A stretch of DNA of 64,000 nt from the NCBI GenBank assembly GCA_965218785.1, contig OZ244650.1, positions 1,344,001 through 1,408,000 on the forward strand. Reading direction: 5' to 3'. Positions 50,711 through 60,327 of this stretch are shown one piece after another. Position 1 is the first letter of the stretch; the number at the start of each line of letters is the position of its first letter. This stretch comes from Nitrosopumilus sp. (GTDB taxonomy: Archaea; Thermoproteota; Nitrososphaeria; Nitrososphaerales; Nitrosopumilaceae). The position numbers were made by a program, and so were the translations under genes. The notes under the pieces are model-generated. The model did not search any database and had not been told where the DNA came from. It worked only from the letters and a program-made list of their open reading frames with translations.

Positions 50711-51733
50711 CTAAAACCATTTATCCAGATTCTGACTCTTTTTTTCCAGCGCCTTTTTCAGCCTGTTCAAGGTTGATTGAATCCTGTCCTCTGAGAAGCT
50801 TCGCTCTTTTACCAGATAGTTTGTAACTGCCTCATAATCCACCTTCTCAAAAACAATCTCGGCAGCATCGCTCACATTTGGTTCCAGAAAGATCTTTCGT
50901 ATCTGCTGAAAATCAATCTCCTTTAACTGGTCTTGAATCTGTGGAATATCCTCTAGTCTTGAATGCTGTTTTATCATCTTCAGCGCTGTTTTTGGACCTA
51001 TTCTGTCAAATCCGTTTGGATTAAAATCGGTTCCAATTAGAATTCCCACATCAACTAGCCCTTCTCTTGTTATTCCTAACGCATCCAGTGTTTTTTGCGT
51101 CTCGATTATCTCCGGCATGATATCGACGTAGGTGTTTTTATTTGGTATCTTCCGCCTTCCGCTGTTTGTAAAATTTCTTACCAGTCTTTTTGCACCACAT
51201 AAAATCGAGTCAAAGTCCTGACTTGCAGATGCATACGCCTGTCCCACTGCCGTGAGATGTGCTGCAGTTGCCTCTCCCTCTGATGGCGCCTCTATATACG
51301 GAATGCCAAAATGTCTCAAAAGCTGCTTTGACTCTTTTACCATGCCGTCCTTCATGCTAGTTGTCTGCTGCGCGTATTTTCTGGCATCTTCCATGTTTCC
51401 TTCGGCTACTGCCTTTTCGTATTTGACAGTCGCATCCTTTTTGATCTGCTTTCTGCGTTCAATCTCCGCTGTCTTCAACGACGGTGGTTTTCCATCAAAG
51501 ACATAGACAGGCTTTATTCCCAGGGACAGAAAATTGACATTTCTATAAAGCAGCCCGCTTAGATGACTGGTGACTCTTCCTTCAGAATCTGATAGTTGTA
51601 GGCCGTCTGGCCCCCTGATGCTTGCCAGAAACTGGTATATTGCATTGTATGCATCAATTGCGATTATCCTATTTGAGAATGACTCCAAGGTCGTCTTTTC
51701 CCTGACTACCAGGTCCTTTAGATTTAATCCCAT
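50711..51733 (-). CDS. fen: Flap endonuclease 1
   Basis: IDAYN..YQFL, VFDG, APSEGEA, SQDFD, GTDFN, C-terminal PIP box QNLDKWF. Confidence 0.97.
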   Translation of the reverse strand: MGLNLKDLVVREKTTLESFSNRIIAIDAYNAIYQFLASIRGPDGLQLSDSEGRVTSHLSGLLYRNVNFLSLGIKPVYVFDGKPPSLKTAEIERRKQIKKDATVKYEKAVAEGNMEDARKYAQQTTSMKDGMVKESKQLLRHFGIPYIEAPSEGEATAAHLTAVGQAYASASQDFDSILCGAKRLVRNFTNSGRRKIPNKNTYVDIMPEIIETQKTLDALGITREGLVDVGILIGTDFNPNGFDRIGPKTALKMIKQHSRLEDIPQIQDQLKEIDFQQIRKIFLEPNVSDAAEIVFEKVDYEAVTNYLVKERSFSEDRIQSTLNRLKKALEKKSQNLDKWF

Positions 51734-51785
51734 GAAGATTCTTGCAACCTTGTGCTTTTTTGTGTTTATCCTTTATACGTAATCG

Positions 51786-52070
51786 GTGTATTCTGTCAAT
51801 ATGACCGAGTCATCGCTGCCTTTTCATCTAAAGGAGAAGCTTTTTGAAATACGATTCGAGTCTGACGAACTAATCTCCAGGATCGTGTCTTATTTCCCCC
51901 TGTCCGAATCAGAGAGAGCAGAGATCCGCTCTGCCTTGAGCATTCCATCTTTTGATGGATTTCATTCTATCTTTACAGATACGATAAATCAGGAGGAATG
52001 GGATAAAACCAAGGAACAGATCAAAAAGAGATTCGGTGATGAACTCTTTGACGTTGATGGCATGTCCTAG
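51786..52070 (+). CDS. Hypothetical protein
   Basis: 94 aa ORF divergent from fen. Confidence 0.7.
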   Translation: MYSVNMTESSLPFHLKEKLFEIRFESDELISRIVSYFPLSESERAEIRSALSIPSFDGFHSIFTDTINQEEWDKTKEQIKKRFGDELFDVDGMS

Positions 52071-52111
52071 GCTCTAATTTGCTTTATTATGGAGATAATT
52101 CAAGAATATCT

Positions 52112-52193
52112 GCCGGGGTAGCCAAGTGGTAAGGCGGCCGTCTCGAAAACGGCTACGCGCAAGCGTGCAGGGGCTCGAATCCCCTTCCCGGCG
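52112..52193 (+). tRNA. tRNA-Ser(CGA)
   Basis: GCCGGGG acceptor, GCCGT-ctCGAaa-ACGGC anticodon arm, long variable arm (acgc gcaa gcgt), G discriminator, no encoded CCA. Confidence 0.92.
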
Positions 52194-52227
52194 CTTCATT
52201 AATTTATGACGAGTTCCAAAAACTATC

Positions 52228-52413
52228 ATGACACAGGAAACTGAATCAAAAATCCAGGAATCTGGAATACCTGTCGCCCAGCTAATCGCGTATTTTCGGG
52301 AAAAATGCAAGGCCTGCGGGCATCACAGGATCATGCACGATGAGTTGGGAAAGTGCGAAGGCGTCATGAACAAGCCGTGCACCGGTGGATGTGATCGTTT
52401 TGAACCCGAATAA
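52228..52413 (+). CDS. Small Cys-rich protein
   Basis: CKACGH...H....C......C..GC..F. Confidence 0.7.
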   Translation: MTQETESKIQESGIPVAQLIAYFREKCKACGHHRIMHDELGKCEGVMNKPCTGGCDRFEPE

Positions 52414-52859
52414 CTGGTTAGATAGGAATTATAAATTAAATTACAAAAAGACGACTTTACTATGAGTGGCAACTGGAGAAATCATTTATTCGACATTCAT
52501 TTGATTGTCTTGGAATGTTATTGATGATATTTCATGTCAAACGCTTATACTTGAAAAAAACCAGTGTTATTCTATTACATGAGAAAATATAACACGTTGA
52601 TATCCCATTTTATCATCCACTCCAAGATTTTGATTTCGTGATACATCCAATCACTCACACGCATTTTGTAAATATCTATTTTAAAATTTGTCAGTATGCC
52701 CCGGTTTGAAAAATTGCAGGACAGACATTCAGACGTTGTGGAAAATGCTGCAAAATGAGGCATCAAATTGGATGGTTGCAGGTTGGGCAAGTGCGACAGA
52801 GAACTAAGGAAGGGCAAAAAATCAGATCAAACAAATAAAATAAAAGATGTGAAATAGGA

Positions 52860-53057
52860 CTAGCCTAGTTTTTTCTTTGCTTTATTAATCATGCTGGTTT
52901 CTTCACGTAGGTGTTTTTTCAACAGGCGTTCATGATCCTTTTTATGAACGCTGTATGCCTTGCTAAGGGATTGTTTTGATTTTGCCCTTTTCACGGCATT
53001 TTGAAATTTTTTGTGAATGACGTTTACCTGAGCAGTATAACTTGCCATCAATCCCAT
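52860..53057 (-). CDS. Small basic helical protein
   Basis: 65 aa, Lys/His-rich. Confidence 0.7.
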   Translation of the reverse strand: MGLMASYTAQVNVIHKKFQNAVKRAKSKQSLSKAYSVHKKDHERLLKKHLREETSMINKAKKKLG

Positions 53058-53166
53058 ACCCCAGAAGACATTAAAGAATCTTGCGCATGCGCCGTTATAC
53101 AGATGTGATCGCAGATCATATCAGAATCAGCGCGATCCATATATTGAACAGACACTTAAAATTTGT

Positions 53167-53694
53167 GTGAGCAGTTCTTTTGATAGACCGGATTGGGATG
53201 AATATTTTATGCTGCAAGCAGAGCTGGCAAAACTCCGCTCAAACTGCATAGCAAGGCAGGTCGGGGCAGTCATAGTGCGAGAACACAGACAGATTGCAAC
53301 AGGATATAACGGAACCCCGCCGGGAATCAAAAATTGTTTTGAAGGAGGATGTAAGAGATGCCAGCTTAGAATGGAAGGCAAGATAAAATCAGGGGAGTCA
53401 CTTGAGAGATGTCTTTGTAATCATGCAGAGGCCAACGCCATAATGCACTGTGCAATCCTGGGAATAGAGGCAGGGGCAAAGGGTGCAATATTATATACAA
53501 CGCTTGTTCCATGCTTGGAATGTACAAAAATGGCAATAACAATTGGGATTAAAAAATTCGTGTGCCTTGACTCATATCCTGAGACAGACTATGAACTGCT
53601 AAAGGAGGCAGGCGTTAAAGTAGTCAGTTTGGAGAAGGAAAAGATTGCAAGGTGGGCAAAAGAACTAGTCAGCAGCTACAAAAATTCCGTGTGA
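53167..53694 (+). CDS. dCMP deaminase (ComEB-like)
   Basis: RPDWDEYF, TGYNG, HAEANA, PCLEC. Confidence 0.92.
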   Translation: MSSSFDRPDWDEYFMLQAELAKLRSNCIARQVGAVIVREHRQIATGYNGTPPGIKNCFEGGCKRCQLRMEGKIKSGESLERCLCNHAEANAIMHCAILGIEAGAKGAILYTTLVPCLECTKMAITIGIKKFVCLDSYPETDYELLKEAGVKVVSLEKEKIARWAKELVSSYKNSV

Positions 53695-53698
53695 GAAG

Positions 53699-56257
53699 AT
53701 GCAAGTAAATATTACAAAAACAGGAAAACTAGAATCAATGCCCCCGGCAATGCTGGTCTCGGCGGCATATGACGGCAGTTCAAAATCAGCTGTTTTAAAG
53801 TTTTATGAACCAGAATCACAGAAACTATTCTTATGCAATGATGAGACAGGCCACAAGCCGTATTGTTACTCTAGGCTGTCTCCAGACGAACTAGATTTTC
53901 TGCAAGAAAGAGACGACGTTCTTGAGATAAAGACGGTTCAAAGATATGATTTGATGGCAGACAAGGAAATCAGCATGTCAAAAATCACCGTGGCAGACCC
54001 GCTTGCAATTGGCGGCACCATGGGGAATAAGAGCATCAGAAATGTGATTGAAGCATGGGAATCGGACATCAAGTATTATGAGAACTATCTTTATGACAGG
54101 GGGCTAATTGTCGGAAGATACTACAAAGTCACAGACGGGAAGATAATACCTCATGATTTGGAAATTTCAGATCAAGTCAAGCTGGCACTAAAGAGTCTGC
54201 TGTGGGACAAAGTCGACAGCAAGTCAATGGTAGATGCAGAACAGTTCAAGAGCTTCATTTCAGAATGGGCAGATCTGTTAAACCAGCCCATTCCAAAGAT
54301 AAAAAGACTGAGTGTTGATATTGAAATCGAGGCGGAGATTGGAAGAATTCCGGATCCCAAGATTGCAGAAAAAAAAGTAACTGCAATCGGCCTAAAGGGA
54401 AGCGACGGGTTTGATCGGATTCTTGTTCTTAGAACAGACGGGACAGAGCAGGGGGTAAACGAACTTGACCAGAACATCAAAGTCACGTTTTATGATTTGA
54501 ACAAGGAAAAAGAGATGATAAGCGACGCATTTGAAATAATCAAATCATTCCCGTTTGTGCTGACATACAACGGGGATGATTTTGATCTGCCATACCTGTA
54601 CAACAGGGCAGTAAGACTTGGAATCAAGAATTCAGAAAACCCACTTTATATGATGAGGGAATCGGCGACACTAAAGAAGGGGGTTCATCTTGATTTGTAT
54701 AGGACGTTTTCTAATCGTTCATTTCAAATTTATGCATTCAGCCAGAAATATACGGATTTTTCACTAAACAGCGTATCAAAGGCCCTGCTGGGAAAAGAAA
54801 AGATCGACTATGGACTGGCATTTGACAAGCTGAGTCTCTACCAAACTGCAAACTACTGCTACAATGACGCCCTGCTGACATACGAGCTGACTAGTTTTAA
54901 CAGTGATTTGCTGATGAATCTTCTGGTGATTATTGCAAGGATTGGAAGGATGCCAATTGATGATATTGCAAGAATGGGAGTCTCGCAGTGGATTAGAAGT
55001 CTGCTGTATTATGAACACAGAAAAAGAAACTACCTGATTCCAAAAAGAGAGGAGCTTCAAAAAAGATCAGAGGGGGTAATGTCAGATGCGATAATCAAGG
55101 ACAAAAAATACAGGGGGGGACTAGTAGTTGATCCCAAGGAAGGAATCCATTTTGACGTGGTAGTCATGGACTTTGCAAGCCTGTATCCGAGCATCATCAA
55201 AGTCAGAAACCTGTCATATGAAACTGTAAGATGCATCCATGAAGAATGCAAAAAGAACAAGATTCCGCAGACAAACCACTGGGCATGTTCAAAAAGAAAC
55301 GGCCTTACATCGATGATTATCGGCTCGTTGCGGGATCTGAGGGTGAATTACTACAAAAGCCTGTCAAAAAAAGAGACACTAACAGACGCACAAAGACAGC
55401 AATATACTGTAATCAGCCAAGCACTCAAGGTAATTCTAAATGCCAGCTACGGCGTGATGGGTGCGGAGATATTTCCATTATACTTTCTTCCTGCAGCAGA
55501 GGCAACGACTGCAATCGGCAGACATACGATTTTAGAGACGATTAAAAAATGCGAGCAGACGGGAGTCGAAGTCCTGTACGGGGATACAGACTCGCTGTTC
55601 ATCAAAAAACCCACCGAGGAGCAGATTCAAAAGGTGATAGACCAGGCAAAAAAAGATCACGGGGTGGATTTGGAGGTTGACAAGGTATACAGATACTGCG
55701 TGTTAAGTAATAGAAAGAAAAACTATCTCGGTGTTACAAAAACAGGCAAGGTGGATGTCAAGGGATTGACTGGCAAGAAATCACATACGCCTCCGTTTAT
55801 CAGAAAACTGTTTTTTGAACTGCTTGACGTGTTATCCAATGTCCAGACAGTGGATGATTTTGAAAAAGCAAAGAGGGAGATTTCAGAAAAAATCGCAATA
55901 TGTGGAAGACGAGTAGTCTCAAAAGAGATACCGGTGGAGGAACTGACATTTAACGTAATGCTTAGCAAGGCCCCATCAGAATATACAAAGACAATTCCGC
56001 AGCACATCAGGGCTGCAAAACAGCTAGAATCGATAAGGGAGATAAAAAAGGGAGACAGAATCTCGTACGTAAAGATTCTAAACAAACCGGGGGTAAAGCC
56101 TGCAGAGCTGGCAAAAAAAGAGGAGATTGATTCTAAAAAATACATGGAATTTATGGAGTCGACCCTGGAACAGATAACATCATCAATGGACTTGGATTTT
56201 GATACGATGCTAGGCAGACCAAAACAGACGGGTCTAGAGGAATTCTTTTGGAGCTAG
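53699..56257 (+). CDS. polB: Family B DNA polymerase (PolB1)
   Basis: Exo DIE, YNGDDFD, DFASLYPS, KVILNASYG, YGDTDS, KKNY; PIP box QTGLEEFF. Confidence 0.97.
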   Translation: MQVNITKTGKLESMPPAMLVSAAYDGSSKSAVLKFYEPESQKLFLCNDETGHKPYCYSRLSPDELDFLQERDDVLEIKTVQRYDLMADKEISMSKITVADPLAIGGTMGNKSIRNVIEAWESDIKYYENYLYDRGLIVGRYYKVTDGKIIPHDLEISDQVKLALKSLLWDKVDSKSMVDAEQFKSFISEWADLLNQPIPKIKRLSVDIEIEAEIGRIPDPKIAEKKVTAIGLKGSDGFDRILVLRTDGTEQGVNELDQNIKVTFYDLNKEKEMISDAFEIIKSFPFVLTYNGDDFDLPYLYNRAVRLGIKNSENPLYMMRESATLKKGVHLDLYRTFSNRSFQIYAFSQKYTDFSLNSVSKALLGKEKIDYGLAFDKLSLYQTANYCYNDALLTYELTSFNSDLLMNLLVIIARIGRMPIDDIARMGVSQWIRSLLYYEHRKRNYLIPKREELQKRSEGVMSDAIIKDKKYRGGLVVDPKEGIHFDVVVMDFASLYPSIIKVRNLSYETVRCIHEECKKNKIPQTNHWACSKRNGLTSMIIGSLRDLRVNYYKSLSKKETLTDAQRQQYTVISQALKVILNASYGVMGAEIFPLYFLPAAEATTAIGRHTILETIKKCEQTGVEVLYGDTDSLFIKKPTEEQIQKVIDQAKKDHGVDLEVDKVYRYCVLSNRKKNYLGVTKTGKVDVKGLTGKKSHTPPFIRKLFFELLDVLSNVQTVDDFEKAKREISEKIAICGRRVVSKEIPVEELTFNVMLSKAPSEYTKTIPQHIRAAKQLESIREIKKGDRISYVKILNKPGVKPAELAKKEEIDSKKYMEFMESTLEQITSSMDLDFDTMLGRPKQTGLEEFFWS

Positions 56258-56261
56258 CAAA

Positions 56262-56546
56262 ATGGAAGCCGACGGAATTTTATTGACCCTGCTTGGGAGT
56301 GCTGCAGGAATTTTGATTCTCACAGGATGGGTCGAGCAGATCTACAAGGGATACAAGACAAAGAGCCTAAGGGATGTCTCAAAATTTTTGATGATCTTTA
56401 TCTCGGCAGGGGCGGTTTTGTGGTTAATCTACGGTTTCATAGTCTCAGACGTCTTTATCATAGGCACGAATCTTGCAGCAATAGTGTTAATGACGATAGT
56501 ACTACTGATGAAAAAAAGATATGACATGCAGTTACAAAAAAATTAA
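56262..56546 (+). CDS. SemiSWEET/PQ-loop-like membrane protein
   Basis: Three TM; KTKSLRDVS, LWLIYG. Confidence 0.8.
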   Translation: MEADGILLTLLGSAAGILILTGWVEQIYKGYKTKSLRDVSKFLMIFISAGAVLWLIYGFIVSDVFIIGTNLAAIVLMTIVLLMKKRYDMQLQKN

Positions 56547-56587
56547 TCCGGTCAAGAATTAAATAGAATACGGCAGGATTAAGAAAG

Positions 56588-57244
56588 ATGTTTGTGATAA
56601 ATTGTAAAAACTATGAAGAGATTGCGGGAGATAAGATCATTGAATTTGTAAAGACAGCAGAGAGGGTTTCTAAAAAATACAGGATAAAAATTGCAATTGC
56701 CCCGCCGCAGCATCTTATTGGACTGCTCAGAAACAGTACGATACCAATTTTAGCCCAGCATGTTGATGACTCGGAGATTGGAAGCACCACGGGATTTGTG
56801 ATTCCGGAATTATTGAAAAAATCAGGGGTAAAAGGCTCGCTTGTCAACCACAGCGAACATAGAATTTCAAACAGTGAGATTAAAAATCTGGTCTTAAAAC
56901 TAAGAAAGCTGAGGATGATATCAATTGTATGTGTAAAGGATGTTGCAGAGGCTAAAAAATACGCAAGATTAAATCCGGATTACATTGCAATAGAGCCGCC
57001 AGAACTGATCGGATCAGGCAGGGCAGTATCAAAAGAAAGACCGGAGCTGATTGCAAAAGCTGCAATAGCAGTAAAAAGTGCAAAAAATAAGACAAAGCTG
57101 CTCTGCGGTGCAGGGATCGTTTCAGGTGAGGATGTGGCAAGGGCCTCAGAGTTGGGCTCCAAGGGGATTCTCGTGGCAAGCGGGATTGTCAAATCCAGGG
57201 ACTGGAACAAGGTCATGACAGAATTTGCCAAATCAATGATTTAG
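56588..57244 (+). CDS. tpiA: Triosephosphate isomerase (archaeal type)
   Basis: INCKNY, AQHVD, NHSEHR, IEPPELIG, CGAGI, LVASG. Confidence 0.95.
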   Translation: MFVINCKNYEEIAGDKIIEFVKTAERVSKKYRIKIAIAPPQHLIGLLRNSTIPILAQHVDDSEIGSTTGFVIPELLKKSGVKGSLVNHSEHRISNSEIKNLVLKLRKLRMISIVCVKDVAEAKKYARLNPDYIAIEPPELIGSGRAVSKERPELIAKAAIAVKSAKNKTKLLCGAGIVSGEDVARASELGSKGILVASGIVKSRDWNKVMTEFAKSMI

Positions 57245-57497
57245 CCAGATGTCTGTTGACATCAAACAGGCAAATTCCCAAAAAGAACACGTAGACAAGT
57301 GACGATCAAAAGATGTTGTATATTGGAATTACCATCCAAAAAGTGGTTCATTCGTTCCCCATATGAAAAAAAATAGAGAGATATTGGAAAAAGATGCATA
57401 CACAGGTAAAATTAGAAGAAATTCAATCATCGACCAACAGACTTATAAGTAATGATTTAGAAAATTTTAAATATTATAATAAAGGTTTGATGAAAAA

Positions 57498-58406
57498 ATG
57501 GTTAAAACAGTAAATCCGAAAGACAGATGTCCAAGATGCGGAAAGGGTACGCTAGTTACAGATGCCAATACCGGAGAGAATTTTTGTGGAAAATGTGGAT
57601 TTGTGATTACAGACAAGGTAGAAGAGTCAGGACCAGAATGGAGATCATTTTCAAACGAGGGTGAAAACAAAAGCAGGGCCGGTGTTCCAACATCGCTTGC
57701 CATGCACGACATGGGATTAGCTACAGTCATCAATCCTCAAAACAGGGATGCCACCGGAAAGCCCCTAACAGCATCCATGAAGAGCACGATTGAAAGGCTG
57801 AGGACGTGGGACAGCAGAAGCCAGGTTCACGAACCAGTTGACAGAAACTTTAGACAGGCATTTAGTGAGTTAGACAGATTAAAAGACAAGCTTGCAGTAG
57901 GCGATGCGGTTATTGAAAAGGCGGCATATATCTACAGAAAGGCGCTAGAAAAGGGTCTGGTCAGAGGACGGTCCATCTCGGCATTAATCGCATCCGCACT
58001 TTACGCAGCATGCAGGGATACGGAAACTCCCAGAACGCTAAAAGACATCGGACAGTCAAGCAACATCAAACGGAAGGATATTGCCAGATGTTACCGCCTG
58101 TTACTAAGGGAGTTAAATCTGAAAATGCCGGTAGTTGATCCAGTAAAATGTATTTCAAGAATTGCAAGCAAGGCAGGCTTGTCTGAAAAAACAAAAAGAA
58201 AAGCTACAAAGATTTTACAGACAGCAGAAGAGCTGAAAATTTCTGCGGGAAAAGATCCGATGGGACTGGCAGCTGCGGCACTATACGTTGCATGTGTGAC
58301 TAACGGGGAGAACAAAACACAAAGAGACGTGGCCGAAGCTGCAGGAGTGACCGAGGTTACCATCAGAAACAGGTACAAGGGCTTGAAACAGGCATTAAAT
58401 CTCTAG
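57498..58406 (+). CDS. tfb: Transcription initiation factor IIB
   Basis: CPRC/CGKC zinc ribbon, GPEWRSF, two cyclin repeats, GVTEVTIRNRY. Confidence 0.97.
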   Translation: MVKTVNPKDRCPRCGKGTLVTDANTGENFCGKCGFVITDKVEESGPEWRSFSNEGENKSRAGVPTSLAMHDMGLATVINPQNRDATGKPLTASMKSTIERLRTWDSRSQVHEPVDRNFRQAFSELDRLKDKLAVGDAVIEKAAYIYRKALEKGLVRGRSISALIASALYAACRDTETPRTLKDIGQSSNIKRKDIARCYRLLLRELNLKMPVVDPVKCISRIASKAGLSEKTKRKATKILQTAEELKISAGKDPMGLAAAALYVACVTNGENKTQRDVAEAAGVTEVTIRNRYKGLKQALNL

Positions 58407-59384
58407 GTCGGATGTTTTTTTAGCATAGTATCTCTGTACAAACAGTATGAAGATCGAAAAGGCACCTGCGGCCAACAGCAGTAATTCCAGCGATGAGATA
58501 AGCGAGTGTGAGAATGCCTGCTCAACTGTGATAAAATTCAACTGTGAAATGAAATTCGCATATGAGAATACAAAGTAGTTGGTGGCCCAATGAATCAGCA
58601 ATGAAGTTACAAAACCATATCTGAGATAGACCCATCCCAGAATGATTCCACCGGCAGATGCCTGTGCAAATTTGCCCTCACTCCAGAATTCACCCAAAGC
58701 AACATGGGCAAATCCAAACGCAATCCCTACAAGGACGACGAGGAAGACTGCTTTTTTATAATCGTGAATATCCAGATTGTCAGGCCGCCACAGGCATTTG
58801 ATGAAATATCTCGCAGAAGACCTGTGGGAATACATCAAAAACAAAGGAATTCCGATTAGGATTAAACGGAATCCAAACTCTTCAGTAAGTGGTGCAAGAC
58901 TGACATAAAAAAAATGAATAAGATCATTTTCAACAGGCGGAAAGTCGATTACAATTCCAAATCCCTCCTGAACAAAGTTGATCAGCACTGAAATAAAGAT
59001 CAAGATAGAAAACCATTTTGTCACACCGACCATGTAGTTTGTTGGAGCGTCATATTTTCCAAAGGAGATTATTGGCAGAAGTGACTTTTGAAATCCATGT
59101 TTCGGGCCCAGTACCGCAATTACAAAAATTATCGCATAAAAAGTCCACAATACGGCAAACACATCCCCGATACTAACATCAGCTGTGGCCTGATAGAGTA
59201 CGGTTCCATCAAAGAGGGACAGGTAGGTAAACGGATATTCATGATTGATATCCCCCCCTATCTCGCTTTCAAAGACGATAAAGATTCCTATTGGAAAAGA
59301 GGCAAGAAGCAGTCCAAATATCACGGAGAGTAACGCAGTAAAAGGAATTCCAAGAACATGAAGCACTCTGTTTGAATTTTGCAA
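58395..59384 (-). CDS. CPBP-family intramembrane metalloprotease
   Basis: APLTEEFGFR, FGFAH, HWATN; multi-TM. Confidence 0.85.
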   Translation of the reverse strand: MQNSNRVLHVLGIPFTALLSVIFGLLLASFPIGIFIVFESEIGGDINHEYPFTYLSLFDGTVLYQATADVSIGDVFAVLWTFYAIIFVIAVLGPKHGFQKSLLPIISFGKYDAPTNYMVGVTKWFSILIFISVLINFVQEGFGIVIDFPPVENDLIHFFYVSLAPLTEEFGFRLILIGIPLFLMYSHRSSARYFIKCLWRPDNLDIHDYKKAVFLVVLVGIAFGFAHVALGEFWSEGKFAQASAGGIILGWVYLRYGFVTSLLIHWATNYFVFSYANFISQLNFITVEQAFSHSLISSLELLLLAAGAFSIFILFVQRYYAKKTSDLEI

Positions 59385-59390
59385 TTTGTT

Positions 59391-59699
59391 CTAATGTAGT
59401 TCTATACTCTCTTCAGGAAAACCCAAACCAATCAGGGTGTTTTTGATAGTGTCCCGGTGATCACCTTGCAGGAAGATATAACCCTCTTTTGCAGTGCCGC
59501 CGCAGGCATACTTGTTTTTGAGTTCCTTGGCGACGGTTTCTAAATTGTTCAATTTGGGATCTAGTCCTTCTATCATTGTTCCCTTTTTCTTAAATCGTCT
59601 TGTCTCTAATCGAATTATGATCTTAGTACTGTCTTTGGCCAGTTCACCACATGCACACAGGTCTTCTGGAAGACCACAAGTATTACAAATTACCGCCAT
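59391..59699 (-). CDS. Translation initiation factor aIF-1 (SUI1/YciH)
   Basis: CGLPEDLC, LK.KYACGGT.K, LQGDHR. Confidence 0.93.
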   Translation of the reverse strand: MAVICNTCGLPEDLCACGELAKDSTKIIIRLETRRFKKKGTMIEGLDPKLNNLETVAKELKNKYACGGTAKEGYIFLQGDHRDTIKNTLIGLGFPEESIELH

Positions 59700-59798
59700 T
59701 CGTTCGAAATAAATTTAATCATACACGTTATTAAGCCTTGTTTGAGGGCAGGAATTAAAATAATCGGATATTTTAGGCAGAAGTCCCAAAGAGGGACA

Positions 59799-60122
59799 AT
59801 GTCAAAAGATCTTACAAAAAAAGCCGTTGAAATGCTGCTAAATGGGGGAACGCTGCTTGGTGAAAAATGCCCGTATTGTTCAGGAGTGAGAGTAATTAAA
59901 GACGGGCGTGCCCTGTGCGCAAGCTGTGGACGCGGGCCCCTAAAAAAGGAGATTCCAAAAGCAGTACGACCGGGGACCATTCTAGAAAAAACCCTGGAAG
60001 GAAAGATCGAGTGTCTGGCAAAAGAACTCGAGGATGAAAAGGACCATATAAAACAGCAGGAGATTCTAAAATCGATCAACTCGTTATTAGAAACGCTGGA
60101 AAAAACGAAGAACAAACAATAA
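59799..60122 (+). CDS. UPF0148 / autoantigen-p27-like zinc finger protein
   Basis: MLLNGGTLLGEKCPYC...CASC. Confidence 0.8.
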   Translation: MSKDLTKKAVEMLLNGGTLLGEKCPYCSGVRVIKDGRALCASCGRGPLKKEIPKAVRPGTILEKTLEGKIECLAKELEDEKDHIKQQEILKSINSLLETLEKTKNKQ

Positions 60123-60155
60123 GGTTTTTATGTTAAAATCTGAGGACGGATTGTA

Positions 60156-60320
60156 ATGGCAGATAAAAAATCAGCACCGCTTCCGGCCTCAAGCGGGGGT
60201 CTTATGAGATTCTTTGAAGATGAGACCAAGGGATTCAAGGTGGATCCAAAAATTGTAATATCAGTTCCTATAAGCTTAATTGCAGTATCATGGGCAATCG
60301 ACATATTTCTAGCTCCGTGA
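60156..60320 (+). CDS. secG: Preprotein translocase subunit Sec61-beta (54 aa, not in ORF track)
   Basis: MADKKSAPLPASSGGLMRFFEDETKGFKVDP + one TM. Confidence 0.9.
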   Translation: MADKKSAPLPASSGGLMRFFEDETKGFKVDPKIVISVPISLIAVSWAIDIFLAP

Positions 60321-60327
60321 AAAAACC

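Noticed and set aside
53699-56257. Intein in PolB
   Set aside because: Length is 852 aa with contiguous motifs; no intein signatures seen.
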